Below, piece by piece: positions 63,530 to 64,000 of a stretch of DNA of 64,000 nt. How positions within the stretch are numbered: the stretch's first letter is position 1; the number at the start of each line of letters is the position of its first letter. A program made the position numbers and the translations under genes. This DNA comes from Paragordius varius (Eukaryota > Animalia > Nematomorpha). Location: assembly GCA_964247055.1 (NCBI GenBank), contig OZ176060.1, forward strand, positions 310,001 to 374,000, read 5' to 3'. A model generated the notes under the pieces. The model saw only the letters and a list, made by a program, of their open reading frames with translations, made no database searches and had not been told where the DNA came from.

Positions 63530-63577
63530 TGGCATATATTCTTACGTTTTGTCCGTATTATTTCGATTTTTACTGTA

Positions 63578-63780
63578 TAGTACTTAATTTATTGTTGGCC
63601 AAATATTAATACAGTAGCGTATGATATAATAAAAATTTTGTCCATAATTTATAAATAAATTTAATGTTGGAATTTATAGGATAAACCTTTATTTCACACC
63701 GTTTGTTTTTTTACTCACACGTTACTGTATTGCATATCGGCCAAAATAATGTGAAGTGGCCAACAATAAAGTGGGTACTG
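63578..63780. mobile_element. MITE family 2 copy, with the same family-1 junction and distal flank as the ZNF-linked copies
   Basis: ACTG-TA-TAGTACTTAATTTATTGTTGGCC...GGCCAACAATAAAGTGGGTACTG, then ...CTACGGTTTAATCTGCGAGCCACGCTTTT. Confidence 0.75.
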
Positions 63781-64000
63781 ATATACTTTAAGTTGATATC
63801 GATATAACAAATAGTCTCTACGGTTTAATCTGCGAGCCACGCTTTTTCAATGTAATTTTCAGTTTTAACTTAACAGAAGTTTACGTTTCACTCTTTTAAA
63901 TAAATTAAAACTAAAAGTTTAAAGTATATTTGGCGATTAAAAATGACATAAATCTAGGAATAATCATATAAGAATATATTTTCGCAAGGACAAGTCAATA

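Noticed and set aside
1-64000. One giant palindrome explaining all inverted homologies
   Set aside because: Midpoints of inverted pairs differ (about 9.4, 21, 30, 33, 41 and 49 kb), indicating several independent events.

Overview
Extremely AT-rich eukaryotic DNA, most likely from an invertebrate animal (inferred from GT-AG introns, tandem C2H2 zinc fingers and metazoan-type transposons). No rRNA, tRNA, CRISPR or prokaryotic genes were seen. The window is a mosaic of direct and inverted segmental duplications plus transposon debris. It holds a cluster of six related C2H2 zinc-finger (ZNF) loci: one exon looks intact (49396-50207), one has a single frameshift (15620-16427), and four are decayed. 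The two best copies share a conserved ~70-aa N-terminal segment I do not recognise and a DLSLKK motif. Mobile elements: a ~1.9-kb foldback element with a TA target duplication, a near-full-length dead RTE LINE, two RTE endonuclease fragments, a complete but frameshifted Chapaev3-like DNA transposon (TAA target duplication) with a nested piggyBac-like MITE, and several Tc1-like and hAT-like MITEs. A duplicated short-intron pseudogene of unknown identity lies at about 12-13.4 kb and 24-25.5 kb. The best candidate for an undescribed system is the lineage-specific ZNF family, which appears to be turning over by duplication and finger shuffling inside transposon-rich DNA. All alignments were done by eye, so repeat boundaries are approximate unless a target duplication is quoted.
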